The notes: generated by a model from the sequence alone, not told the origin. Positions 47,021 to 61,032 are shown, numbered from the stretch's first letter. The stretch is 64,000 nucleotides of DNA from Acidimicrobiia bacterium (GCA_035763745.1 DASUAO010000055.1:2509-66508); one strand, 5' to 3'. Numbers and translations are program-made.

Positions 47021-47956
47021 ATGGACGAGATGACCGAGATGGCGTCGGGGCTGGAGTTCCCGGAGGGTCCGATCGCGATGGCCGACGGCAGCGTGGTGCT
47101 CGGCGAGATCCGCCGGGGGACGCTCTCGTGGGTCACGGCCTCGGGGAGCGTCGCCGTCGTGGCGAACCTCGGCGGAGGGCCCAACGGCGCCGCGGCCGGG
47201 CCCGACGGCGCGGTGTACGTGTGCAACGACGGCGGCTACGAGTACGAGGAGCTGCTCGGGCTCCAGGCGCCGAGCTCGTACCTCCCGGCCGACTACTCCG
47301 GGGGCCGCATCGAGCGCGTCGACCTGCGCACCGGCGAGCACTCCGTGCTCTACAGCGAGTGCGACGGCAACCCGCTCGTCTCGCCGAACGACCTCGTCTT
47401 CGACCACGACGGCGGCATCTGGTTCACCGACCACTCGCGGTCGACCGAGCGTGGACGCGCCCATGGCGGGCTCTACTACGCCACACCGCACGGCTCGATG
47501 ATCCGCGAGGTCGCGTACCCGCTCGACGCCCCCAACGGCGTCGGGCTCTCACCCGACGGGTCACGCCTCTACGTCGCCGAGACGTTCACCGGGCGGGTGT
47601 GGTGGTGGGACATCACCGGCCCGGGCGAGGTCCGTCCGCCCGACCTCGCGCTGTTCCCGCACGGTGGGACGTTCCTCGCGGGGCTCCCGGGACTCCAGTT
47701 CTTCGACTCGCTCGCGATCGAGGAGTGCGGCAACGTCGTGGTCGCGACGATCGGCCTGGAGCCGGGGCTCACGGTGATCTCGCCCGACGGTGAGGTCGTC
47801 GAGAAGGTGCCCACTCCCGATCCGTTCACCACGAACGTCTGCTTCGGGGGCGACGACCGACGGACCGCCTTCGTGACCCTGTCGGGCACCGGCCGCCTGG
47901 TGTCGATGCCATGGGCGCGCCCCGGCTTGGCCCCGGCGTTCGAGCCCCTCGTCTGA
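47021..47956 (+). CDS. SMP-30/gluconolactonase/LRE family protein
   Basis: 311 aa. LEFPEGP...PNGAAAGPDGAVYVCN...PNDLVFDHDGGIWFTD...PNGVGLSPDGSRLYVAE. GGGGGAGA upstream of the ATG. Confidence 0.85.
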   Translation: MDEMTEMASGLEFPEGPIAMADGSVVLGEIRRGTLSWVTASGSVAVVANLGGGPNGAAAGPDGAVYVCNDGGYEYEELLGLQAPSSYLPADYSGGRIERVDLRTGEHSVLYSECDGNPLVSPNDLVFDHDGGIWFTDHSRSTERGRAHGGLYYATPHGSMIREVAYPLDAPNGVGLSPDGSRLYVAETFTGRVWWWDITGPGEVRPPDLALFPHGGTFLAGLPGLQFFDSLAIEECGNVVVATIGLEPGLTVISPDGEVVEKVPTPDPFTTNVCFGGDDRRTAFVTLSGTGRLVSMPWARPGLAPAFEPLV

Positions 47957-47986
47957 TCTGCTCGTCTGATCTGCTCGTCTGATCTG
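47948..47986. repeat. Tandem array C: 3 x 13 nt (CTCGTCTGATCTG)
   Basis: Copies at 47948, 47961 and 47974, all identical. Copy 1 contains the last two sense codons and the TGA stop (47954-47956) of the SMP-30 gene. Confidence 0.9.
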
Positions 47987-48051
47987 GGGAGTGCCCGGCA
48001 CTAGGTTCTGACGCCGTCGTCGGGAATCGCAGCGAAGCAGGGGAGCAGCAC

Positions 48052-49194
48052 GTGGCCGGTCCGTTGGCAGGGGTGAAGGTCGTCGAGCTGGTCGGGATCG
48101 GGCCGGGGCCGTTCGCGGCGATGCTGCTCGCCGACATGGGTGCCGACGTGGTGCGCGTGCACCGGGCCCAGTCGGTCGAGCGGGGCTTCGACCCCGGCGG
48201 TGTGCCGATCATGGACCGCAACCGCCGATCGGTCGGCGTCGACCTGAAGCACCCCGAAGGGGTCGAGACCGTGCTCGGGCTCGTCGAGCGCGCCGACGCG
48301 CTGCTGGAGGGGTTCCGTCCCGGTGTGACCGAGCGTCTCGGCGTGGGCCCCGACGACTGCCTCGCGCGCAACCCGAAGCTGGTCTACGGGCGGATGACCG
48401 GATGGGGTCAGGGCGGGCCGCTCGCCGATGCCGCCGGCCACGACATCAACTACATCGCGCTCGCGGGCGCGCTCGCGCACTTCGGTCGGGCGGGGGAGAA
48501 GCCCACGCCACCGCTCAACCTCATCGGCGACTTCGGCGGCGGCGGGATGTTCCTCGCGTTCGGCCTCGTGTGCGGGATCCTCGAGGCCCGCACGTCGGGG
48601 AAGGGCCAGGTCGTCGACGCGGCCATGGTCGACGGTGCCGCCATCCTCATGTCGTTCGTGTGGGGGATGCAGGCGTTCGGTGCGTTCAGCGAGGAGCGGG
48701 GGACGAACCTGCTCGACACCGGTGCCCCGCACTACGACACCTACGAGACGGCCGACGGCCAGTACGTCGCGCTCGGCGCGCTCGAGGCGCAGTTCTACGC
48801 GGAGTTCCTCGAGAAGACCGGCCTCGCGTCCGAGGACCTCCCGACCGTCGCCGACCAGGCGAACTGGCCCGCCCTGCGGGAGCGGTTCACCGCGCTGTTC
48901 AAGTCGAAGACCCGCGCCGAGTGGTGCGACCTCCTGGAGGGGAGCGACGCGTGCTTCGCGCCGGTGCTCCCGATGAGCGAGGCGGCCCAGCACCCCCACA
49001 TCACGGCGCGGGGGACGCTCGTCGAGTTCGAGGGTCTCACCCAGCCCGCGCCCGCACCCCGCTTCTCGCGCACCGAGCCCGAGCTGTGGCGCGCGGCGCC
49101 GACGCCGGGTGAGCACACCGACGAGGTGCTCAGCGAGTGGGGCTTCTCGGACGCCGACGTGTCCCGCCTCCGCGAGGCCGGCGCCATCCGCTGA
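48052..49194 (+). CDS. mcr: Alpha-methylacyl-CoA racemase (class III CoA-transferase family)
   Basis: MAGPLAGVKVVELVGIGPGPFAAMLLADMGADVVRV...GHDINYIALAGAL...LNLIGDFGGGGMFL...DTYETADGQYVALGALEAQFY is highly collinear with mycobacterial Mcr as I recall it. Confidence 0.85.
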   Translation: MAGPLAGVKVVELVGIGPGPFAAMLLADMGADVVRVHRAQSVERGFDPGGVPIMDRNRRSVGVDLKHPEGVETVLGLVERADALLEGFRPGVTERLGVGPDDCLARNPKLVYGRMTGWGQGGPLADAAGHDINYIALAGALAHFGRAGEKPTPPLNLIGDFGGGGMFLAFGLVCGILEARTSGKGQVVDAAMVDGAAILMSFVWGMQAFGAFSEERGTNLLDTGAPHYDTYETADGQYVALGALEAQFYAEFLEKTGLASEDLPTVADQANWPALRERFTALFKSKTRAEWCDLLEGSDACFAPVLPMSEAAQHPHITARGTLVEFEGLTQPAPAPRFSRTEPELWRAAPTPGEHTDEVLSEWGFSDADVSRLREAGAIR

Positions 49195-49228
49195 CCCCGC
49201 GCCTGCGCGCACCCGGTCCCCGCAATGA

Positions 49229-49266
49229 TGCGTCTCTCACCCGCCCATGGCGGGGTGAGAGACGCA
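49229..49266. terminator. Long hairpin between convergent mcr and purK (bidirectional terminator candidate)
   Basis: TGCGTCTCTCACCC(gcc cat ggc g)GGGTGAGAGACGCA: 14-bp perfect stem, extendable by 3 bp with one bulge. Confidence 0.55.
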
Positions 49267-49277
49267 CGACCGAGAAC

Positions 49278-50375
49278 TCAGGCCGGGAACAGGTCCGGTG
49301 CGGCGGCGCGGAGGGTGTCGAGGCGCCGGATCAGCTCCTCGTCGTCGGCCGCGGTGACGGTGACGTGGCCCACCTTGCGCCCGGGACGCGCTGCCTTGTC
49401 GTAGTCGTGCAGGTGCGCGCCGGCCACGGCCAGCACGGCATCGCGGTCGGGCATCGCGCCGATGCAGTTCACCATCGCGGACGGCCCGCGCGCGTCGGCG
49501 GAGCCGAGGGGCCGGCCCAGTACCGCACGAAGGTGCTGCTCGAACTGGCTCGTGTCCGCGCCCTCGATCGTCCAGTGCCCGGAGTTGTGCACCCGCGGCG
49601 CGAGCTCGTTCGCGAGCAGCCGTCCGCCGTGCTCGAACAGCTCCACCGCGAGGACGCCGACGTAGTCCAGCTCGTCGAGCAGTCGACGCGCGATCCGCTC
49701 GCCCTCGGCCTGGAGGTCGGGAGCAGTCGCCGGTGCAGGTGCGCGGCTCATCCGGAGGATCCCGTCGACGTGGCGGTTCTCCACCAGCGGGTAGCACGCC
49801 GTTTCGCCGTCGACGCCGCGCGCCGCGAGCACCGAGAGCTCGCGATCGAAGGGGACGAGCGCTTCGAGGATCAGCGGCACGCCTCCGAGCCCCTCCCAAG
49901 CCGCGTCCGCGTCCCTCGGCGCTCGCAGCACGTGCTGACCCTTGCCGTCGTACCCACCGCGCCGGGTCTTGAGCACACTCGGCAGGCCGACGGCCTCGAT
50001 CGCGGCGTCGAGCCCGGCGCGGTCGTCGACGGCGGCGAAGTCGGCGACCTCGATGCCGAGCGCACGACAGGTCTCCTTCTCGGTGACGCGGTCCTGGGAG
50101 ACCTCGAGCGCACGGGGCGACGGGTGCACGGGAGCCGTCTCGGCGGCATGGCGCGCCGCGTCGGCGGGGACGCCCTCCCACTCGTAGGTGACGACGACCG
50201 CGCCCTCGACGACCCGGTCGATCGCCGTTCGATCGTCGAGGGCGCCCGTGACCACCGGCCCGACCGCGCCGGCGGGCGGCGTCGACCCGGGATCGAGGAA
50301 CCGGAAGCGCAGCGCGAGCGGGATCCCGGCGACACCGAGCATCCGCCCGAGCTGCCCGCCACCGAGCACCGCCAC
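49278..50375 (-). CDS. purK: N5-carboxyaminoimidazole ribonucleotide synthase
   Basis: VAVLGGGQLGRMLG...LKTRRGGYDGKGQ...ELAPRVHNSGHWTIEG...GRKVGHVTV. Start is GTG 50375 (alternative GTG at 50435). Confidence 0.88.
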   Translation of the reverse strand: MAVLGGGQLGRMLGVAGIPLALRFRFLDPGSTPPAGAVGPVVTGALDDRTAIDRVVEGAVVVTYEWEGVPADAARHAAETAPVHPSPRALEVSQDRVTEKETCRALGIEVADFAAVDDRAGLDAAIEAVGLPSVLKTRRGGYDGKGQHVLRAPRDADAAWEGLGGVPLILEALVPFDRELSVLAARGVDGETACYPLVENRHVDGILRMSRAPAPATAPDLQAEGERIARRLLDELDYVGVLAVELFEHGGRLLANELAPRVHNSGHWTIEGADTSQFEQHLRAVLGRPLGSADARGPSAMVNCIGAMPDRDAVLAVAGAHLHDYDKAARPGRKVGHVTVTAADDEELIRRLDTLRAAAPDLFPA

Positions 50376-50667
50376 GTGCCCACGGTCCCGATTCCGATCC
50401 CGCAACGGGGCGGGACGGGGATCCGGCGCGGTCACGTCGTGTGGTCTAGCGCATGGAGGGCGGGAAACGATCCTCGGTCCGACGGCCGGGACCGGTAGTC
50501 TGCGTGGTGCGACAGCGTCGTCGCCCCATCCCCAGCCTCCGCACTCGTCGGTGCCCTGTTCCGGGCATCGAGACGCGGTCGGAGGCCCGAATCGGGTCGC
50601 TGACGACGCATCCTCGTCGTCCTCCGACCCGTCCGGCCCCGGCCGGACCCAGCCACGAGGAGACCGA

Positions 50668-55356
<4,689 letters not shown>

Positions 55357-55361
55357 CCCGC

Positions 55362-55922
55362 CTAGGTCCCCACCTGGAGGACCGGACGCGGATCGAACGA
55401 CAGGACCTTCGCCACCAGCGCGTCGATGGTGCCTCCTCGCGCGTCCTGGTACTCGCGGACGGCACGGTTGTAGTCGCGGACGAGGGGCGGAGGGATCACC
55501 GCGAGGTCGAACGCACCCAGGGCTTCGGTGACGACCTGGTTCGTGTTGAGACGGGCCGAGGCGGTGACGTTCGCGCGCGCTCGGCGGGCGAGCGCTTCGA
55601 GCTCGTTGGCGATGCTCGCCTCGACGCCGGGACGGGTGTGCGCGGGGCCGCGCAACGCGAGGCGGTTCCATCGCTCCAGCGTCGCGGTGAGGTCCTTCGT
55701 GACCGCGCGCTCACCGGCGCCTGCGTCGACCAGCGCCTGGGTCGCGACGCCGAGCGCCTCGTAGCGGGCGGTCAACGGCGCGCGGAGCGGGGTCCACGCG
55801 GCGTCGACCTGATCGCGGCCGTCCGAGAGGTCGGGCTCGACGAGGAGGTAGGCCGCGGCCGCAGCGGCAGCGACCACGAGCAGGAGCAGGGGAACGATCC
55901 ATCGGAGACGGCGCATCGGCAC
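55362..55922 (-). CDS. LemA family protein
   Basis: 186 aa. N-terminal TM anchor (RWIVPLLLLVVAAAAAAAYLL), then a helical domain (YNRAVREYQDARGG...). Confidence 0.7.
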   Translation of the reverse strand: MPMRRLRWIVPLLLLVVAAAAAAAYLLVEPDLSDGRDQVDAAWTPLRAPLTARYEALGVATQALVDAGAGERAVTKDLTATLERWNRLALRGPAHTRPGVEASIANELEALARRARANVTASARLNTNQVVTEALGAFDLAVIPPPLVRDYNRAVREYQDARGGTIDALVAKVLSFDPRPVLQVGT

Positions 55923-56099
55923 CGAGACAGTACCGGCCGTCGATCGGCCAACCCGTCACCGGCGCTGTGGCATGCGTGCCGCGACGAAGTACCGGACGAC
56001 GACCGGGATCGCGGCCAGGCGAACCACGTCCTCGGGGAAGTCGTCGTCGTGGCAGGGTTGGCGAGGTCATGGTCGCCGAGCCGCGGTGTCGGGGGCGGC

Positions 56100-56597
56100 G
56101 TGCGCGTAGTTCGTCCCGGTGTCGTGGTCGCCGTCCTGGTTGCCGGCTCGCTGGCGGGGTGGTGGGCCGGGACCGAGCACCGGAGTGCAACGGACCCCTG
56201 GACCGTCGCCGAGGTCGTCGACGGGGACACGATCGTCGTCACGCGCGGCGACGAGCATGATGTGATTCGCTTGTTGGGCGTTGACACGCCCGAGACCCAC
56301 CACCCGACGAAGGGTGTCCAGTGCTTCGGGCCGGAGGCCGCCCGCTACACGCGTCGGCGCCTGCTGGGCAGGCTCGTGCGCCTGGAGGGAGACGTCGAGT
56401 CGCACGACGTCTACGGACGGACGCTCGCCTACGTGTACCTCCGCGACGAGCGGTTCAACGACGTGCTGCTCCGCCGGGGCTTCGCGCGTCTGCTCGTGAT
56501 CGCCCCGAACCGGGCGCACGGTCGGGCGCTGCTCGACGCCGAGCTCGCAGCGCGCGACGCCCGGCGGGGCCTCTGGGCGAGCTGCCCGGACGACTGA
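56100..56597 (+). CDS. Thermonuclease (staphylococcal nuclease, SNase) family protein, membrane-anchored/secreted
   Basis: VVDGDTIVV...IRLLGVDTPET...YGRTLAYVYL...NDVLLRRGFARL. Start uncertain (GTG 56100 or TTG 56058). Confidence 0.8.
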   Translation: MRVVRPGVVVAVLVAGSLAGWWAGTEHRSATDPWTVAEVVDGDTIVVTRGDEHDVIRLLGVDTPETHHPTKGVQCFGPEAARYTRRRLLGRLVRLEGDVESHDVYGRTLAYVYLRDERFNDVLLRRGFARLLVIAPNRAHGRALLDAELAARDARRGLWASCPDD

Positions 56598-56621
56598 CGA
56601 CGAGCTGCTGCTCGAGCTCGG

Positions 56622-57986
56622 TCAGGCCATTGCCGCGAGCACCTCGTCGAAGACGTCGATCGTCGTCTCCGGGTGCAGGAACACCGCCCGGCCCACGAGC
56701 TCGCCGCGCCATCTCGTCGGGAGCGCGAAGGCGATCTGGTCGTCGAGCAGGCGGCGGGACCAGTCGTGGTAGTCGGCCTCCTCCCACCCTGGCCGCCGGA
56801 AGAGGACGACCGAGAGCTCGGGCTCGGCGACGAGGGCGACGTGCAGTGCGTCTCGGACGCGCGCCGCGGCGACGCGGGTGAGTGCGAGCACCCGCTCCAC
56901 GGCATCGGCGTACGCGTCGGTGCCGTGCACCGCCAGCGAGAACCACAGCGGCAGCCCGCGGGCGCGTCGGCTGAGGTGATAGGCGTAGTCCGACGGGTTC
57001 CAGGCGCCGTCGCCGTCGATGAGCTCGCGCATCGGGTCCAGGTACGACGCCTCCTGGGCGTGGGCGGCACGGGCGAGCTCGGGATCCCGGTAGAGCAACG
57101 CGCACGAGTCGAACGGTGCGAACAGCCACTTGTGCGGGTCGACGAGGAACGAGTCGGCGGTCTCGACCCCGGCGAACCGGTCCCGGGTGCTCGACGCGAA
57201 CAGGGCCGCGCCGCCGTAGGCACCGTCGACGTGGAACCACAGGTCGCGCGCGCGTGCCACGTCGCCGATGCCGCGCAGGTCGTCGATGAGCCCGGCGTTC
57301 GTGGTGCCCGCGGTGGCCGCGACCGCGAACACCGACGCGGGGTCCGCGTCCGTTGCGAGTACCGCCGCGAGCGCGTCGCCGGTCAGGCGGTCGTCGCTCC
57401 CCGCGGGGACGACGAGGGGGTCGCAGTCGATGATGCGCAGGGTGCTCAGGATCGAGGAGTGTGCGGTCTCCCCGACCGCGACGCGCCAGCGACCCGCCGG
57501 CCGGCCTTTCCGTCGCGTCGCGGCGTCGCGCGCCGCGTAGAGGGCCGAGAGGTTGCCGGCCGAACCGCCAGAGACGAAGCAGCCCCCCGCCTCGGGCGGC
57601 ATCCCCGCGAGATCGGCGAGGACGCGCAACGCCTGGTTCTCTGCGTAGACGGCCCCGGACGCTTCGAGCCACGAGGTCGCGCACATCGACGACGCCGCGA
57701 CCACCGTGTCGAAGACGAGCGAGGCCTTCGTCGGCGCCGCCGGGATGAACGCGAGGAACCGCGGGCTGTCGGTGGAGAGGCACGCGGGCGCGAGCACGTC
57801 CGTGAAGATCCCCAGGACGTCTTCGGGCGCGCGTCCCTCGCGGGTGATCGTGTCGTGGGCGCGAGCATCGATTTCGGCGAAAGCCACGGGATGGTCGAGC
57901 GGGGCGGGATCGAGCCGGAGCCGTTCGAGCGCGTAGTCGAGACACGCGCGGGTCGTGCGCTGGGCGAGGTCGTCGAAGTGATGCAT
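56622..57986 (-). CDS. Pyridoxal-dependent (group II) decarboxylase family protein
   Basis: 454 aa. FVSGGSAGNLSALYAAR...WFHVDGAYGGAALF...SFLVDPHKWLFAP (PLP lysine context). Confidence 0.85.
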   Translation of the reverse strand: MHHFDDLAQRTTRACLDYALERLRLDPAPLDHPVAFAEIDARAHDTITREGRAPEDVLGIFTDVLAPACLSTDSPRFLAFIPAAPTKASLVFDTVVAASSMCATSWLEASGAVYAENQALRVLADLAGMPPEAGGCFVSGGSAGNLSALYAARDAATRRKGRPAGRWRVAVGETAHSSILSTLRIIDCDPLVVPAGSDDRLTGDALAAVLATDADPASVFAVAATAGTTNAGLIDDLRGIGDVARARDLWFHVDGAYGGAALFASSTRDRFAGVETADSFLVDPHKWLFAPFDSCALLYRDPELARAAHAQEASYLDPMRELIDGDGAWNPSDYAYHLSRRARGLPLWFSLAVHGTDAYADAVERVLALTRVAAARVRDALHVALVAEPELSVVLFRRPGWEEADYHDWSRRLLDDQIAFALPTRWRGELVGRAVFLHPETTIDVFDEVLAAMA

Positions 57987-58037
57987 GCGCCGACGGTAGC
58001 GAGGTTCTTGCGTGAGCGGCGCGCCCCATGAAGATCG

Positions 58038-60155
58038 CTAGGAGGGCGAGACGCCCACGACCTTGCGGTGTCGACCGACGAGCTCGAGGACGGCGTCGCC
58101 GTATCGCTCGACCTTGATCGGGCCGATCCCCGAGATGTCGAGCAGCTGGTCGCGTGACCCGGGGAGCGCCGTAGCGATGGCGCGGAGCGTCGCGTCGTTG
58201 AAGACGACGTATGCCGGGACGCTCGAGGCCTTGGCGAGCAGGCGCCGCCACTCCTTCAGTGCGTCGAGGAGCGGGCCGTCGGGCTCCGGGCCGTCGTCGT
58301 CGCCCGCGCGGGCTCGGCGGAGCCGGGACCGGGCCCGGTCGGGTCCGCTCGAGGCCGACGCGGCCCGAGGCGGGGCCGGCTCGACGCTGAAGACGGCCTC
58401 GATGGGCGCGAGCCAGGGACTCGGGGCTCGGTGCATCGCGCGGGTGCCGAACGAGCGCCGGCGAGCCCACGTGAGGACGACGCGCTGCTCGGCCCGGGTG
58501 AGCGCGACGTACAGGAGGCGCCGCTCCTCGGCCTTCGCGGCCGGGGTGTCGGCGTGGGAGATCGGGACGAGCCCGCGTTCGAGGCCGGTGACGAACACGG
58601 TGTGGAACTCGAGTCCCTTCGCCCGGTGGAACGTGGACAGCTCGACGGCGTCGGCACCGGTCGCCGGCTCTTCGCCTCGCAGCGACGCGCTGAGCCAGGC
58701 GAGGAACCCGTCGACGGAGGCGAGGTCGGGCTCCATCGTCAGGTACTCCTGGGCGAGGTGCGCGACCGCGCCGGCGTGCTCGTCGGGCGTCGCGTCGAGC
58801 GCGGCGCCTCCGTCCCCGACCTCCGGGGGCCCGTCGTCGGTGAGTTCCGCGACGTGGTCGGCGAACGTCGCGCCCGGGGCGGCGCGCTCGGCGGCCCGGA
58901 GCCGATCGAGGGCCACGCGCACCTCGGGCCGGTCGAGGAACCGCCCGTCGGCGCGCACGCGCGTCGGGATCCCGGCCGCAGCCAACGCGGCTTCGAAGGC
59001 GGCGGACTGCGCGTTCGTGCGATAGAGGATCGCGAAGGTCGACCAGCCGAGCGAGGGCGTCCGCAGGTCGCGGATCGCCCGGGCGACCGCGCGAGCTTCT
59101 GCTTCGTCGTCGTCGTAGGCGATGACCGTCGGCTCGGGACCGGGGTCGCGCAACGCGCGGCGGGTGGGTCGGGGGCGGCCGCCGTCGGCGAGCAGCGCCT
59201 CGCCGGCCGCGACGATCTGCGGGGTGGACCGGTGGTTGTGGTCGAGGCGCACGACTGCCGCTCCGCGGAATCGCTTCGTGAACTCGGTGAGGCCCGTCGG
59301 GTCGGCGCCGGAGAACGAGAAGATGGCCTGGTCGGGGTCACCGACCACGGTGAGGTCGCGTCGGTCGCCCAGCCAGCCGCGGATGACGCGGAGCTGGGCC
59401 GGGCTGACGTCCTGGAACTCGTCGACGAACAGGTGTCGGAACTTCCACCGCTGCTCGCCCGCGAACTCCTCGTCCTGCTCGCACGCGTCGCCGCACCACC
59501 AGAGGAGATCGTCGAAGTCGACGAGACGCTTCGTGCGCTTGGACTCCTCGTAGCGCGCGTACAGCGTCGCGATCTCGGTGCTCGATCGCTCGGTGTCGCG
59601 TCCGGCCCGCGCGGCCGCGGGGACGTAGGCATCCGGGGCGACGAGGCGCGCCTTCGCCCACTCGATCTCGGTCGCGAGCTCGCGGGCCGCGACGATCGCG
59701 GCCGGGCCGCGCCCGCCCACGAGCGGGAGGAGCAGGCGAACCTTGCGCTCGAGCAACGCCGGCATGGCGCGCCCGCGCGCGAGGTTGCGCACGCGGAGCT
59801 GCGCGAGCGCGACCGCGTGGATCGTGCCCGAGGTGACGCCGGTCGTGCGGCCCGGCCGGACCCCGAGCCGGTCGAGCCGGCTGACCAGCTCGCCGGCGGC
59901 CTTGCGGGTGAACGTGAGGGCGAGGACCCTCGGCGCCTCGGCCCGGCCCGTCGCGACCCGCCAGGCGATGCGACGGGTGAGGACCCGGGTCTTGCCCGCC
60001 CCCGGCCCCGCCAGGACGGCGAGCGGGAGGGCGTCGCTCGTGACGGCCGCCCGCTGGTGCTCGTCGAGGTCGTCGAGGTACCGGTCGGGCGCGTCCGGGG
60101 ATGCCGGAGATCCTTCATCGAGCATGCGTGCGACGGTACCGACGGGGTACGACAT
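58038..60155 (-). CDS. uvrD2: UvrD/PcrA-type SF1 DNA helicase with C-terminal HRDC domain (UvrD2-like)
   Basis: LAGPGAGKTRVLT (Walker A), FVDEFQD, TFHRAKGLEF, LLYVALTRA. C-terminal HRDC (LDALKEWRRLLAKASSVPAYVVFNDATLRAIA...ISGIGPIKVERYG). Start at 60155 or 60125. Confidence 0.85.
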   Translation of the reverse strand: MSYPVGTVARMLDEGSPASPDAPDRYLDDLDEHQRAAVTSDALPLAVLAGPGAGKTRVLTRRIAWRVATGRAEAPRVLALTFTRKAAGELVSRLDRLGVRPGRTTGVTSGTIHAVALAQLRVRNLARGRAMPALLERKVRLLLPLVGGRGPAAIVAARELATEIEWAKARLVAPDAYVPAAARAGRDTERSSTEIATLYARYEESKRTKRLVDFDDLLWWCGDACEQDEEFAGEQRWKFRHLFVDEFQDVSPAQLRVIRGWLGDRRDLTVVGDPDQAIFSFSGADPTGLTEFTKRFRGAAVVRLDHNHRSTPQIVAAGEALLADGGRPRPTRRALRDPGPEPTVIAYDDDEAEARAVARAIRDLRTPSLGWSTFAILYRTNAQSAAFEAALAAAGIPTRVRADGRFLDRPEVRVALDRLRAAERAAPGATFADHVAELTDDGPPEVGDGGAALDATPDEHAGAVAHLAQEYLTMEPDLASVDGFLAWLSASLRGEEPATGADAVELSTFHRAKGLEFHTVFVTGLERGLVPISHADTPAAKAEERRLLYVALTRAEQRVVLTWARRRSFGTRAMHRAPSPWLAPIEAVFSVEPAPPRAASASSGPDRARSRLRRARAGDDDGPEPDGPLLDALKEWRRLLAKASSVPAYVVFNDATLRAIATALPGSRDQLLDISGIGPIKVERYGDAVLELVGRHRKVVGVSPS

Positions 60156-60528
60156 CGACGCGGATGCCCGGAGCAGGCGCAAGAGGGTGGGCCCCGAGTA
60201 GCCATCACGCCGAAGCGCTCCGACTCCTCGGGGCCCGTGCTCCTTCGTCTCGCGCCTCCCGCAGGGCGCCCGGGGCCCTCGCGGGCTCGGTCGCCGCCGC
60301 ATCCTCGGTCCGGCGGGAACAGTGCCGGCCCTCGTCGGTCGCGATCCCGGTGCGCGCGCCCCGAGGGGCTCGTGCACCGACCGTCGGCCTGACGACTCGG
60401 CGTCCGGTCGCTCCCCGCTGGATCCCGTTGCCGGTCCCCGTTGGGAGTTGCTCCCGGTCCCCGTGCCGTCGGTGTCGTCGGCAGGTGCGACCTTACGCCG
60501 ACCCTGGCCGAGGTCAAGGGGGGTTTTC

Positions 60529-60540
60529 GGAACGCGTTCC
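60529..60540. promoter_or_regulatory. Perfect 12-bp palindrome GGAACGCGTTCC in the helicase/metallopeptidase divergent region
   Basis: Self-complementary, about 55 nt upstream of GTG 60596, preceded by GGGGGGTTTT. Function unknown. Confidence 0.25.
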
Positions 60541-60595
60541 CGCCGAATCGCCGGCCGCGTCCGACCCGATCGGGGGTCGGAGTACCGTCGCCGGC

Positions 60596-60961
60596 GTGCA
60601 GGTGACGCGCGCGCGGTTCGAGGAGCTCGTCGGCGAGGCGCTCGACTCGATCCCCGAGGAGCTCGCGGCCGAGATGCAGAACGTCGCGGTGATGGTGGAG
60701 GAGTGGCCGACCGCCACCCAGCTCGCCGGTCGTGGCGGCACCCTCTTCGGACTCTACGAAGGTGTACCGCTCACGCGACGCGACCCGATCACCTACGCAG
60801 GTGTGAGCCCCGACCGGATCACCATCTTCGCCGGGCCACTGTGCGCGCGGGCGGGGACCGAGGCCGACCTCGCCGCCCAGATCCGGGTGACGGTCCTGCA
60901 CGAGGTCGGGCACCACTTCGGGATCGACGACGTCCGCCTCGACGAGCTCGGGTGGGCCTGA
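60596..60961 (+). CDS. Small zinc metallopeptidase-like protein (DUF1025 / minimal HExxH family)
   Basis: 121 aa. VQVTRARFEELVGEALDSIPEEL...VLHEVGHHFGIDD. Confidence 0.75.
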   Translation: MQVTRARFEELVGEALDSIPEELAAEMQNVAVMVEEWPTATQLAGRGGTLFGLYEGVPLTRRDPITYAGVSPDRITIFAGPLCARAGTEADLAAQIRVTVLHEVGHHFGIDDVRLDELGWA

Positions 60962-61032
60962 CCGCGACCCCCGGCGCTCGCTTCGCGACCGACTCTCTCG
61001 ACCGCGTGCTCGGGCAGGAATAGCATCACCGC

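Noticed and set aside
50436-50667. GlnR box (gTnAc-N6-GaAAc) upstream of gltB
   Set aside because: A GAAAC element is present near 50463, but the partner half-site at the required spacing does not match.
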